64,000 nucleotides of DNA from an uncultured Clostridia bacterium (GTDB lineage: Bacteria; Bacillota; Clostridia; Christensenellales; UBA1242), in assembly GCA_944377365.1 (NCBI GenBank), contig CALWEQ010000009.1, positions 15,137 through 79,136 on the forward strand. The letters are read 5' to 3'. The translations under genes were made by a program, and so were the position numbers. Below the pieces are notes generated by a model, which was given only the letters and a program-made list of their open reading frames with translations, made no database searches and was not told the origin of the DNA. The stretch's first letter is position 1, and each line of letters begins with the position of its first letter. Of the stretch, positions 18,330 to 28,527 are shown piece after piece.

Positions 18330-18482
18330 TTTCCCTCCTATTGTTAAATCAAAACTAAACATAAAAAATACATAAATATGCTATTCATAAAAACAAAATA
18401 TTGTTAATAAACTAATTATTTATTAAAAAAATTAATTTTTTTGCAAATTTTTATTGATTTTTATATATTTTTTATTTAATTA

Positions 18483-18498
18483 TTTTTTTTTTTTTTTT
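18483..18498. repeat. T16 homopolymer in the divergent promoter region
   Basis: 16 consecutive T, counted by hand, in the 466-bp extremely AT-rich spacer between the GT2 gene and the giant ORF. Confidence 0.9.
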
Positions 18499-18552
18499 AA
18501 ATATAACAAAAATAATATTTTTAAAATTTGTAAAATCTTTTATTGGCTAAAT

Positions 18553-18590
18553 TTGTCTTATCGATAAAATCGTTATATAATCGTTATATA
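18553..18590 (+). promoter_or_regulatory. candidate sigma-A promoter overlapping an 11-bp tandem direct repeat
   Basis: TTGTCT (18553-18558), a 17-nt spacer, then TATAAT (18576-18581). ATCGTTATATA is repeated head-to-tail at 18569-18579 and 18580-18590. In such AT-rich DNA, chance matches are common. Confidence 0.3.
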
Positions 18591-18795
18591 TAATTTTATT
18601 TAAAATTTTATTTATTATTTTATAAAAATTTTTATATATAAATAACCGTTTTATAAAAATTTAGAAATCATTTTACAAAAAATTTTAAATATGTTTTTTA
18701 TAATTATTTATTTATATATATATTATATTATTTTGTTTTTGGGAAAAACTATGTTAAAATGTCTTTGTCAAATTATGGCGAAAGAGGTGTTTGAT

Positions 18796-21700
18796 ATGAA
18801 CAAAATTAAACAAATTTTTAAGTTTTCAACTTTTGCTTTACTTTCTTGTTTTCTGGCAGGAAGTGGGTTTTTGCTTTCCACGATAAATCCTACACCAACC
18901 AACGCACAAGTCGTTGAAGAAAATATCTCAAACAACACTCCTGTTTTTTTTAGTAACGGTGGTCATGAGAGCGAAGTTTATTTTTCACAAACTGGCATAG
19001 TTAAGTTTGATTTTATAGAACAAGCCGACCGTAATGCTGATGATAAAGATGATTATATCTATAAACTCGGTGATACGACAGTGTATCCTGAAGATGAAGG
19101 CTATGTAGAACCGACGGCCAGCTATGCAAATTATGAAAAAATAAAAATCTATCGCTATTACCCTGATGGCTTAAATGCCAATGATACCCCAACCCCAATC
19201 AATCCAAATCATTATTATTACATAGACATAAACTCAATCGCAATATCGTTGAACGGTGTGCCCCTAACTTATAGCGAAAGTGGTGGCACAGTCGACAATT
19301 TTATTTTAAAGTCAAACGCTTATGCTTACTTTGATGAATCGTTTTTCCCTGAATCTTTAAATTTTAAGATAGCACTAGATACTACAACCAACACAACTGA
19401 AACTGATTACAACGCAAAAATTACAGTGCCTTCTGACGACGCAGCTTTGCTAACAATTTACCAAGAAGGGCTTTTAAACATAAACGTTGGCTATACTCTC
19501 TATGACGTGAATTTGACTAGCACCGTAACAGGAGCCCCTTCCGAAACTCAAACAACTTTAACGGGACAAAGCCTAAACTATTCGATATTTTTGTTTAACA
19601 ACACATCTTATTTTGAAAGTGAAAGTTCACAAAATCCAAATGTCATATATGGAGAAAAAACTACAAGAACACCAAGCAATTCCGCCACACACAGTTATAA
19701 CTATTTTTACAATTACACTTCGAAAAGCTTGCCATATATCAGTTATGACCCTTACAAGTATGACCTTACAATAACAAAATCGCTAAACAACACTACTTCC
19801 TCTGAAACTATCGAATTTAATCCTGAAACAAAAGAATTTAAAGTGCCAAGTTTTGTTTACAATGCTGTTTTAAATGAAAACTCGTTGACAATATATTTCA
19901 ACGACCTTGGACTTTACAACCTACACTTTTCAATGAAATATTCATTCACAACCACCTCTGCAACAAGTGGCACAACAACACATGTTTATGATTTGTCGAC
20001 AACTGTAAAAGACCAACTGTTTTACGTTTATGGCGCGCAGATGTATTACACAAATTATGAAACAGGAGCGTTTTCTGAATTTAAATCAATTAAAGAAAAC
20101 TCGATTACTCAATCGGCAGATATAACTAGAAAACTTACGTCCCTGTCTACTGATGACAATTCTGCACTCTCTCCTAACGGCAATAACGATTTAAAAACTT
20201 ATATTGACAACATAACCAACACCCCAGTCGTAACTGACCAAACACCTGTAAAAATTTCGACTTACGCATCCAACGTTGTTGCAAAACTTTACACAAAAAC
20301 AGAAACAGAAACAGGTTGGGACTCAGGCCCTGCCATATCTACCACTAAAAACATAAGCGAAGATGGAACTTACTTACTAGCACTAGAATATAACTTTGCA
20401 AATTACACAAATTCGTCAGGGCTTGTGAATGCAAGCGAAGAATTTTATCAATATTTCTATTTTAAAATTGAAAAAGAAACACCTATCGTCAATGTTGAAA
20501 AACAAACAAGCACAGAGGAAAGCGAGTTTGAAAATCTTGCTTCAGGCAAATACACCAATCAAAATGTAAAAATCTCATATGGGGCTGATACAAGTGAGTT
20601 TGACGCAGATGTTTATGTTTATTTGTCGCGCTACTCCTTTACAAATTCAACAACTCCATTAACAAGGGAGCTCATATATCCAAAAGGCGAAATTACGCTG
20701 GGAGAATATCAGAAAGACGATTCAATAATGATCTATAACGAAAACAACGGAAAATATGTTTTAGAAATCTATTATGGCAAAAACGCATTAGAACAAAAGC
20801 CAATCACGAGATCATTCATTATCGACACAGAAGAGATTTCGGGACTACAAGCATACACCATTGCTTCTGTTTCTAAAAAATATTACGCTGAAAGCTTGCT
20901 TGAATCACAAGCTTCAAACGTTTATGGAGTCTCTACCAATCAACCTTTTGCTTTTGGCTGGGAAAACACAAAGCCTAGTGGAGCAAAGACTCAAGCCTGG
21001 GTCAAATACTTCCCACTAAAAAATTATGACGATTACTACACAGGCGCATCAGCATTTGGAACTCTCGTCTACGAACTTTTAAGTAGCGACACACTAGCTG
21101 TTGCCAAACGTCTTGATTTGCAGTCTGCGTCCAACTGGACTGAATACACAAACTCAAGCGTCTACCCACTCTCTTCTATTCCTGCCGAAAACGTAAAATC
21201 ACCAGCAGGCCTTTATGTCTTTCAGATCTTTGACGATGCTGGCAACACAACAACTGCGTATGTGTTTAACGACAATTCATCCCCTGTTTTTATGCTAGAA
21301 AAAGAGGGTCTTGGGTACAGCTTAATTTCAAATAACGAAACAATAAATTCGAACGCGACTGTTTATTGGTCAGATACCAAAGCAATTTATATTGATCTGC
21401 CTGATGGAAATTTTGCTTATGGCGATTTTTCAACTGATTTAACTGAAAACAAAGATAATGCCACTGACGAAAAATTGACCGAACTTTTTAATGACTTTAT
21501 TGGTGGCGCTTCACAAACAAACATTAAAACATTTGAATTTTTGCCTGACAATAGAAATGGCACGTATCTTATCGTTGACATTTTGGACCAAATAGCATTT
21601 GCCGAACGCTCGCCAGAGAATCTTGTTTTAACAACATTTGAAACAAATTCGTATGACATTCAATTTTCTTATTCAATTCATTACACTCAATCTACTGATG

Positions 21701-24700
21701 GGACAACAACTTTTTACCGTTCAACAACTGTAGATGACAACACATACGAAAATATTGAAACTGGCGAAAACTTTGTGGCTTACAATGGAATGATTAACAA
21801 TTTAGAGCTTAAAGATGCAATGATTTATCAAACGCTTACAGAAAACGGTAGCAGATTATTTTACTACGGTGAGCAAAACGCTTCTGCCTTAACACGTCTT
21901 GACACAAACACGCAAGTGACACCGTCAAACCAAGATGGTCAAATCATAATAGAGGGACTAATCGCAACATCAGTTGAATTTGTGGACATGGAAGGCACTT
22001 ACAGTTTTCTTGTTCGAGATGCATCAAACACAAAGGGGTTAAACGAACAAAACTTATTAACTCAATTGTCAGCTTATCCATCAGCAAGTCAATACATAAC
22101 GGTTTCCGCCGACACGTCTTCGGTTCAAATTAATTACAAAGATGATAACAACAAATCAAATCAACTGTTTTTAGCGGGCTATTATGCAACAAACGGTTCA
22201 GGGAACACGTCTCAAAGATCCAGCTTTTACACCCCAACATCTTATGAGGGAATTTTAGAAATATCCTACAAACCTACGGTTGAGAGCACCCAAATTGACA
22301 AATTAATATTGCGTTTCTATCCTTATGAAACCAAGATGATTGCACATAAATCAGCAAGTGGAGAAGCTAAAATTTCATTCTATCAAACATTGTCAGAAAC
22401 TTATACCGACTTTACGGTTTATGATTTTGACAGAGACGGCGCTTTTACAAGTGACACAACACGAACATATCAAATAAACCCTTCCGAGAACTTAACCACT
22501 GCAGGAAAATATATTTTGACTAGGACTTACAAAACTGGCGAAAGTTACACTGTTGACAAATTCGATTACGCAACACGCAATCTTACAGCGATTGTTGACA
22601 GAACAAATGTTATTTCAGAAAGCCAAGCTGTTACAGCTAATTCTAAAACGTATACTTTGCAAGACAATGACGGAAATCCTTCTGATTATACTTTAACAAT
22701 TTATGGAAATCTTTTCATTTTGCAAACTAACGACAACATAGTTTTCCCAATAAGTGCAGAAACAACATTTGTCGGCAGTAATTCCCCAGAAGACGCATAT
22801 TACAATGATGTCAATAAAGTGTGGACAAAAGGCAATGCCAGATATTTCATAATGCCAGAGGATTTTGAATTTACTTCACTTGAAATCACTTATAATGGTA
22901 AAACTTACACAACAAATGATGTAAGACCAACAGAAAATCATATTTCGACTTTGGAAAGCGTTGTCGGTGGGGACATGTTTGTCAATATGTATGATGATCA
23001 AGCTGGTGAACCCGGTTCAATCCTTTCCGTAACCTTCCCTAACGTTTCAATCACAGACGGAATTGTGTTAGGATCCGGCGAATCCTTCTACACCGACGAC
23101 CAATCAAATTTAGGAAACCAATCACCTAGCCCGATGTTTGAAACAAACAAACTGCCAGTAAAGGTTTACATACCTCAATACAAATACACAATTTACAATG
23201 ACGAATCATACACCAACGACGGAAAAGTTTCATATCAATCCAAAGAAAATCCATTGCTTTCATATTACGATCAACAAGCTCAATCTATTTCTTCAATTTC
23301 TGCTTACAAACTCTATGCCACAATAACAAGCAACAACGGAACGGTTTACTGTTCTAATGGCACTGACGAGAATGGATATTTACAATTTACTAATTCAAAC
23401 GGTGAGGTTTTAAATGAACTAACCGAAGAAGGTACTTACACCGTTACAATAACACAAAATTACAACGGCAGTGGCAGTGGAACTGCAAATGATTTTAGAA
23501 AGACATACAAATTTTCATTCAATATTCAAGAAACAAAACCAGAATTTGATTTGGCATCGGCTGGACGAGAATTAAAAACTCTTGGAAATGAAAATTATTA
23601 CACAAATCAAAAAAGTGTCACTTTTTCGTGGCGTGATGAAAATTCAGATTATATCGCAAACATTGACAAATCACACATTAAATTACAATTTTCAAACAAC
23701 TACCCAGATATGATCATCGATGTTTCTTCAACTTCTCCAAATGTGACCTTAGCAAGTGACGGAAGCTCAGATGAGTCAACGAGTTTGATTGCATCTGCAT
23801 TAGATTACAACCAATCAGGGCTAAACCACACTTTAACACTAGATTTTGAAAAGGCCAACATTTACAGTCAAAACATGTGGGTTGATGTTACAATGCAATA
23901 TGTTGGGCACAATGATGAATATTACCAGGTGACAACAAAACGTGTTACCATTGATAAAATAGCAAGCTATGACACTTTGGACAGCTTAATTTCAAAATTA
24001 ACACCTTTCTCATCGTCTTACATCTCATTTAACGATTCTAGTTTAAGAAATTATTACGATGTCGAAGGCATGACAGTAGCAAACAAAAATTTGGCAACTT
24101 ACAACACCACAGTGTCTAGTGGAAATCTAAAATATTATTCATACATGGTAAACCAACAATTTTTACAAGATTTAACAAACAAGATTGCAAACAACAATTC
24201 GCCTCAACATTCGGGAAACACCGTTTATGCATATTATAGAGAAATTAACCCTTATGATGGCACCTTTACAGAAACGGCCTATGACAATTTTGCAGAATCA
24301 AATTTTGATGAATTAATTCAAAATCTTGAAGCAAACAATTATTATGAAATCGTAGAACAAGATCTCGCTGGAAATTTAACTATATATTTAATCTATCTAT
24401 ACGCTGATAATAATAACGACGCTGATAATAATAATGATGGCTTCGACGGGACGATAGATGAATATGGCAACGTTTATGATATTGATGGAAATTCTATTGA
24501 CGCCTCTAAATTGCAGGGCATTCAATTTAATGACGAAAACAGATTTGTTCAAATAAGCGACGCACAAATTTTGGCTCAACAAACAACCGCAAAAGTTGTC
24601 GAAATGTTTTCTTCTAAAAACTTCAATTTGAAAGAGCTTAACTTCCGTGGAGACGTTTGGTTGACACTGACTGTTGCTCATCAAAATTATCAAACCAAAA

Positions 24701-27678
24701 GCTACTTATTCTCGCCTTGGCTATCTTTGACAAAATCCGCCTTAGACATGCAAACTGGAAATCAAGTTTCTTATGAACAAATATTCAATGATTTTACATC
24801 AAGTTCAGCAAGCTCGCTTGAAATAAGTTTGGAAATTTCAAACCGTGCAGATGGTGGCAAATTAAAGGCAGAATTAAATTTAACAAATGGCGCAAGTTTA
24901 AGTGCGACTTACTCTGATAGCCAAACAGAAGAATATCTTTCTATCAGACGTTCAACTCTTGTTTATCCTGTGGAAATCAAAATACAGATAAACAACGACG
25001 AGTTTGTGTATAAAGTCAAAAACGATCCAAATGCTCTTAACAATTTGTTAAATTCGTCTTACTCTTATTTAAACAATTGGGTGGACACTAAGATCGCTTT
25101 TACTTATGATTCAGAGAGGCTGACTTACAAATTCATCACTACCCCAGCAAACAACACAAAAGTCCGTTATCAAATTAGAGATAACTTTGGAAATGTTTCA
25201 ACTCTTATACACATCTTTGGAGAAACATATTTCGAACCGATTTCAAGCACCGGCAACCTTTACCAAGATTTGATTTCAAATCCAACTTTAAACGATGGAA
25301 GTGAAGATTATTTCATTTCATACGTAAGTAGTGAAGACATAATCTACCGTTATAACAGATCTATCTACTTTGTAAAAGCTTATTACTTTAACGGAAGTGA
25401 ATGGGAAGAAACAAGTGATTATTCTACATTTGATGGAGACGGCAACATTGTAGCTTGGACTTTTAGCAGAGGTGAAGATCTACAAACAGACAAACGATTT
25501 AAACTTTGTGTTTATGAAAAACCTGCTGACCCTGACGAAACTTGGGAGCCTTCAGCCGATGAACAGCCTGTTGACACAATCTTTTTACACATCTACGAAA
25601 TGAGACCTGAATTAAATACTGAAGATGTAGTTGCTGACTACAAAATTACATTTAGCGACCACTATGGAGAAAACATAACCGGTGATTTGTTAGATGACAA
25701 CACGACTATTGAATACTTAACAATCAATGGCAAACAACACAGAGTTACAAAACAAGGAAGCACCTTTGCACTTAATTTGACAATAACTTACACCGATCCT
25801 TCTTCGTTAAGTTATCCATATGAAGTTCTCTATTACCACCCTTCTACTATGGAAAATTTTGAACCGCTTTCTTCAGGGACAAGAGTGGATGAAACAGGAA
25901 TTTACTACTTCTTAATAAAATATGTCCAAAATGAAAATTCTGTCCTTTCAAATGAATATAAGCTTTACAAAGTTGAAATAGTGGATTCGGCACAAGAGTT
26001 CTATCGAGTTACAAACAATGGTGTTAATGTGGAAAGAGCGCCTGTTTATTACACATATGAAGGCACTGAATACTCTGATTACTACATAGTAAATGTAAAT
26101 TACAATCAAGATTCGGCATCCGTTCAAATAGTTCCAAATGTCTATCAACAGGTGGACGTTGTTGATAATACTTTAATACCTGAAGGTAGCGGAGTCGTTA
26201 CTGTAAGATATCGTGTTACAAATTATGTTGACAATTCACCACCAACTACGACCGGCGTGTCAGCATTTGACAGATATGTTTTTATCACTTACATTCCTCC
26301 AACAAGTAGTCCTGCAACTAATGCTGTTTACTACTTTAATCAAAATGAGCAATACAATATGCTAGGCTCGTCTTCAATAAACGCTATTGTCTCAGCTGAA
26401 AATTCAACACAAAACACAGTAACGTTAAGATGGAGTAAGTCATATGGCATTTCTACAAATCTAGTTTACGTAAACTTGCTAAAAGACGGAGTACAATTCT
26501 TTAATTCTGAAAGTTCGCAACTTACTGATTTGTCAATAGCTCTTGTTTCATACTACACAGACGACGATTACAATTATGTTACACTTGACAGAAGTGGTAC
26601 TTACACAGTAACAATCTATGACGAAGCAGGAAATACGCAATCATTTGCTTCAGGATTGCAATCGCTAAAATTCGTATTCTTAAAAGATGTGGCATTCTCT
26701 ATGACCTACACGGATCCAGTGACTGGGAATGAAATCGTTTCAGATCCTATACAAAAAGGCATCTTTAACAATGAAGTGACTTTGACCGTCCTTAACATGA
26801 ATGACTACTACACTGCTGAATCAACGGGAAGCGGAGAAAACATGATTCATGTTCAAAGAAACGGCTCTGCTTACACTGGATTTGAATATGATTCAACTAC
26901 TCATTCATTCAAATTTTCTAGCCCTGGCTATTACACTGTTTCTTTTAGTGCAATAAGTCAAACTGGTCAACAAGTGAGAGAGCAAACATACAACTTTACC
27001 ATTATTAATCCAAATGAATCGCGCTATTCCTTTGAATTCTCACCTTATCAAGACTATTATATTACTTCAATCGTTAAAGACAACTTGGGTGACATTTCAA
27101 ACCAATTAATCCAAAACATGCAAGAATACAACCTTAATTTGCAAACTGTTTTGATCAACGGAACAACTTATTTGCGAGAACTTATTACTTCATATTTCGG
27201 TGTTGGCAGTGGAAGATATACCGTTACAATTTCCACAAACAAGCCATTTAATCGCAACGATTATTCATCAACTTCTCTACTTACTTTCTCGTACTGGATT
27301 AACTCAACCACCGTTCCAATTAATGTTAGCATATCAGAAGGTGAATCAACCTCCTCTCCTATTAACGTAACTTTTAATGCAGAACGTGTATACCAAGCTG
27401 TTGGTGAATGTGTGATAACAATTGGGCTTAACGCTTACTATATTACCGCCGAAAATGCTAGCGCATTTGGTGTTGTGAATGCCCCTGCCATTGAACAAGC
27501 TGGAACACATTTCATCACAGTTCGTTCGATGAGCGGAAACCTGCTGTTCAGTTACAAGGTTGTAAAAACCGAACCTCTTAACGGCTGGGCAATAGCCGCG
27601 ATAGTAATTGGTTGTGTGGTAGCAATCGTAGCCGTGATAATAATTGTTAAACTAAGAAAGAAGATTAGAGTAAAATAG
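18796..27678 (+). CDS. giant (2960-aa) secreted or membrane-anchored surface protein, putative adhesin
   Basis: Start taken at ATG 18796 after SD aaagaggtg. N-terminal signal peptide MNKIKQIFKFSTFALLSCFLAGSG... has a possible lipobox LLSC or an SPase I site near TNA-QV. The body is T/N/S/Y-rich and beta-like. It has one C-terminal TM helix plus a basic stop-transfer sequence (WAIAAIVIGCVVAIVAVIIIVKLRKKIRVK). No LPxTG was seen. Confidence 0.85.
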   Translation: MNKIKQIFKFSTFALLSCFLAGSGFLLSTINPTPTNAQVVEENISNNTPVFFSNGGHESEVYFSQTGIVKFDFIEQADRNADDKDDYIYKLGDTTVYPEDEGYVEPTASYANYEKIKIYRYYPDGLNANDTPTPINPNHYYYIDINSIAISLNGVPLTYSESGGTVDNFILKSNAYAYFDESFFPESLNFKIALDTTTNTTETDYNAKITVPSDDAALLTIYQEGLLNINVGYTLYDVNLTSTVTGAPSETQTTLTGQSLNYSIFLFNNTSYFESESSQNPNVIYGEKTTRTPSNSATHSYNYFYNYTSKSLPYISYDPYKYDLTITKSLNNTTSSETIEFNPETKEFKVPSFVYNAVLNENSLTIYFNDLGLYNLHFSMKYSFTTTSATSGTTTHVYDLSTTVKDQLFYVYGAQMYYTNYETGAFSEFKSIKENSITQSADITRKLTSLSTDDNSALSPNGNNDLKTYIDNITNTPVVTDQTPVKISTYASNVVAKLYTKTETETGWDSGPAISTTKNISEDGTYLLALEYNFANYTNSSGLVNASEEFYQYFYFKIEKETPIVNVEKQTSTEESEFENLASGKYTNQNVKISYGADTSEFDADVYVYLSRYSFTNSTTPLTRELIYPKGEITLGEYQKDDSIMIYNENNGKYVLEIYYGKNALEQKPITRSFIIDTEEISGLQAYTIASVSKKYYAESLLESQASNVYGVSTNQPFAFGWENTKPSGAKTQAWVKYFPLKNYDDYYTGASAFGTLVYELLSSDTLAVAKRLDLQSASNWTEYTNSSVYPLSSIPAENVKSPAGLYVFQIFDDAGNTTTAYVFNDNSSPVFMLEKEGLGYSLISNNETINSNATVYWSDTKAIYIDLPDGNFAYGDFSTDLTENKDNATDEKLTELFNDFIGGASQTNIKTFEFLPDNRNGTYLIVDILDQIAFAERSPENLVLTTFETNSYDIQFSYSIHYTQSTDGTTTFYRSTTVDDNTYENIETGENFVAYNGMINNLELKDAMIYQTLTENGSRLFYYGEQNASALTRLDTNTQVTPSNQDGQIIIEGLIATSVEFVDMEGTYSFLVRDASNTKGLNEQNLLTQLSAYPSASQYITVSADTSSVQINYKDDNNKSNQLFLAGYYATNGSGNTSQRSSFYTPTSYEGILEISYKPTVESTQIDKLILRFYPYETKMIAHKSASGEAKISFYQTLSETYTDFTVYDFDRDGAFTSDTTRTYQINPSENLTTAGKYILTRTYKTGESYTVDKFDYATRNLTAIVDRTNVISESQAVTANSKTYTLQDNDGNPSDYTLTIYGNLFILQTNDNIVFPISAETTFVGSNSPEDAYYNDVNKVWTKGNARYFIMPEDFEFTSLEITYNGKTYTTNDVRPTENHISTLESVVGGDMFVNMYDDQAGEPGSILSVTFPNVSITDGIVLGSGESFYTDDQSNLGNQSPSPMFETNKLPVKVYIPQYKYTIYNDESYTNDGKVSYQSKENPLLSYYDQQAQSISSISAYKLYATITSNNGTVYCSNGTDENGYLQFTNSNGEVLNELTEEGTYTVTITQNYNGSGSGTANDFRKTYKFSFNIQETKPEFDLASAGRELKTLGNENYYTNQKSVTFSWRDENSDYIANIDKSHIKLQFSNNYPDMIIDVSSTSPNVTLASDGSSDESTSLIASALDYNQSGLNHTLTLDFEKANIYSQNMWVDVTMQYVGHNDEYYQVTTKRVTIDKIASYDTLDSLISKLTPFSSSYISFNDSSLRNYYDVEGMTVANKNLATYNTTVSSGNLKYYSYMVNQQFLQDLTNKIANNNSPQHSGNTVYAYYREINPYDGTFTETAYDNFAESNFDELIQNLEANNYYEIVEQDLAGNLTIYLIYLYADNNNDADNNNDGFDGTIDEYGNVYDIDGNSIDASKLQGIQFNDENRFVQISDAQILAQQTTAKVVEMFSSKNFNLKELNFRGDVWLTLTVAHQNYQTKSYLFSPWLSLTKSALDMQTGNQVSYEQIFNDFTSSSASSLEISLEISNRADGGKLKAELNLTNGASLSATYSDSQTEEYLSIRRSTLVYPVEIKIQINNDEFVYKVKNDPNALNNLLNSSYSYLNNWVDTKIAFTYDSERLTYKFITTPANNTKVRYQIRDNFGNVSTLIHIFGETYFEPISSTGNLYQDLISNPTLNDGSEDYFISYVSSEDIIYRYNRSIYFVKAYYFNGSEWEETSDYSTFDGDGNIVAWTFSRGEDLQTDKRFKLCVYEKPADPDETWEPSADEQPVDTIFLHIYEMRPELNTEDVVADYKITFSDHYGENITGDLLDDNTTIEYLTINGKQHRVTKQGSTFALNLTITYTDPSSLSYPYEVLYYHPSTMENFEPLSSGTRVDETGIYYFLIKYVQNENSVLSNEYKLYKVEIVDSAQEFYRVTNNGVNVERAPVYYTYEGTEYSDYYIVNVNYNQDSASVQIVPNVYQQVDVVDNTLIPEGSGVVTVRYRVTNYVDNSPPTTTGVSAFDRYVFITYIPPTSSPATNAVYYFNQNEQYNMLGSSSINAIVSAENSTQNTVTLRWSKSYGISTNLVYVNLLKDGVQFFNSESSQLTDLSIALVSYYTDDDYNYVTLDRSGTYTVTIYDEAGNTQSFASGLQSLKFVFLKDVAFSMTYTDPVTGNEIVSDPIQKGIFNNEVTLTVLNMNDYYTAESTGSGENMIHVQRNGSAYTGFEYDSTTHSFKFSSPGYYTVSFSAISQTGQQVREQTYNFTIINPNESRYSFEFSPYQDYYITSIVKDNLGDISNQLIQNMQEYNLNLQTVLINGTTYLRELITSYFGVGSGRYTVTISTNKPFNRNDYSSTSLLTFSYWINSTTVPINVSISEGESTSSPINVTFNAERVYQAVGECVITIGLNAYYITAENASAFGVVNAPAIEQAGTHFITVRSMSGNLLFSYKVVKTEPLNGWAIAAIVIGCVVAIVAVIIIVKLRKKIRVK

Positions 27679-27684
27679 TAAATA

Positions 27685-27721
27685 CAAAAAAACCTTGTTT
27701 TTAAGAAAACAAGGTTTTTTG
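27685..27721 (+). terminator. intrinsic terminator of the giant ORF
   Basis: aaaaaaAACCTTGTTTTtaagAAAACAAGGTTttttgtt. Confidence 0.85.
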
Positions 27722-27869
27722 TTAATAAAAATCATTTTTAAAAAAATAATTAACACTTGAAAGGAATTCTTTTTAAAACGAATTGTCTCATATTAAAAAG
27801 CTTTGCTTTGTTTAAAATCTTTAAACAAAATCGGGTCGTATTTTAATTTATTTGATGTTTTGCAAATTA

Positions 27870-28411
27870 TTATAAATATCTGATTATCTCATGGAATTCA
27901 TTGTATCCCGCATTTGTATTAAAATGCCCTGCTTTTTCATATACAACTTCTTGCGCATCAATCGACTTTGCAAAATCTTGTAATGCATCATATTTAATAT
28001 ATGGGTCGTTTTTTGAATAGAAACAAATGCGTTTTTTGCATAAGTCTTTGAAAGCTGAAACATCTTCAAGAAACATTGTTTGGTTTATTTTGTCAAACTC
28101 TAAATTGCCTGTTTTAAAATTGTTTGCGCCACTCACTGAAATCAGCTTTGATATTTTGATTTTGTTTCTAATGCAATATTTTATCAAAAAAATAGGCGCT
28201 ATTGAATGACAAATAAACACACTTTTCTCTGTTATTTTATCCTTAACATTATCCAAAACTTTTGACCAGTTTTTAAAATTTTGTCCTATTGGAGTTGGGT
28301 AATTAAAATTAAAAACTTGCTCGCCTTTTTAGTTAAAAAATCTTCAAGCCAACCAAACCAGTTTTCTCTATTGTTTCCAAAAGAACCATGAATGATAAAA
28401 CAATTTTTCAT
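27870..28411 (-). pseudogene. YdeN/RBBP9-type alpha/beta serine hydrolase, disrupted by a 1-nt frameshift in an A5 run
   Basis: N-terminal 27 codons from ATG 28411 read MKNCFIIHGSFGNNRENWFGWLEDFLT-KK. The frame of the 128-aa track ORF continues upstream as GEQVFNFNYPTPIGQNFKNWSKVLDNVKDK...FICHSIAP (nucleophile elbow)...GHFN. The two frames meet at the plus-strand T5 run 28326-28330, and one extra A would join them. Confidence 0.75.
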
Positions 28412-28527
28412 CTTTTCCCCGTTACTATATTTAGTTTGAAAATCGTTTTTTTTGTTTCTTTATAAATAAAGAAAATTGAATATCAATTTTTTTAAAATAA
28501 AAAGGACTTGTAAAAAGCCCTTTCTTC

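Noticed and set aside
18691-18795. Upstream extension of the giant ORF (MFFIIIYLYIYYIILFLGK...).
   Set aside because: It is an AT-rich read-through with no SD. The ATG at 18796 has an SD and begins a proper signal peptide.
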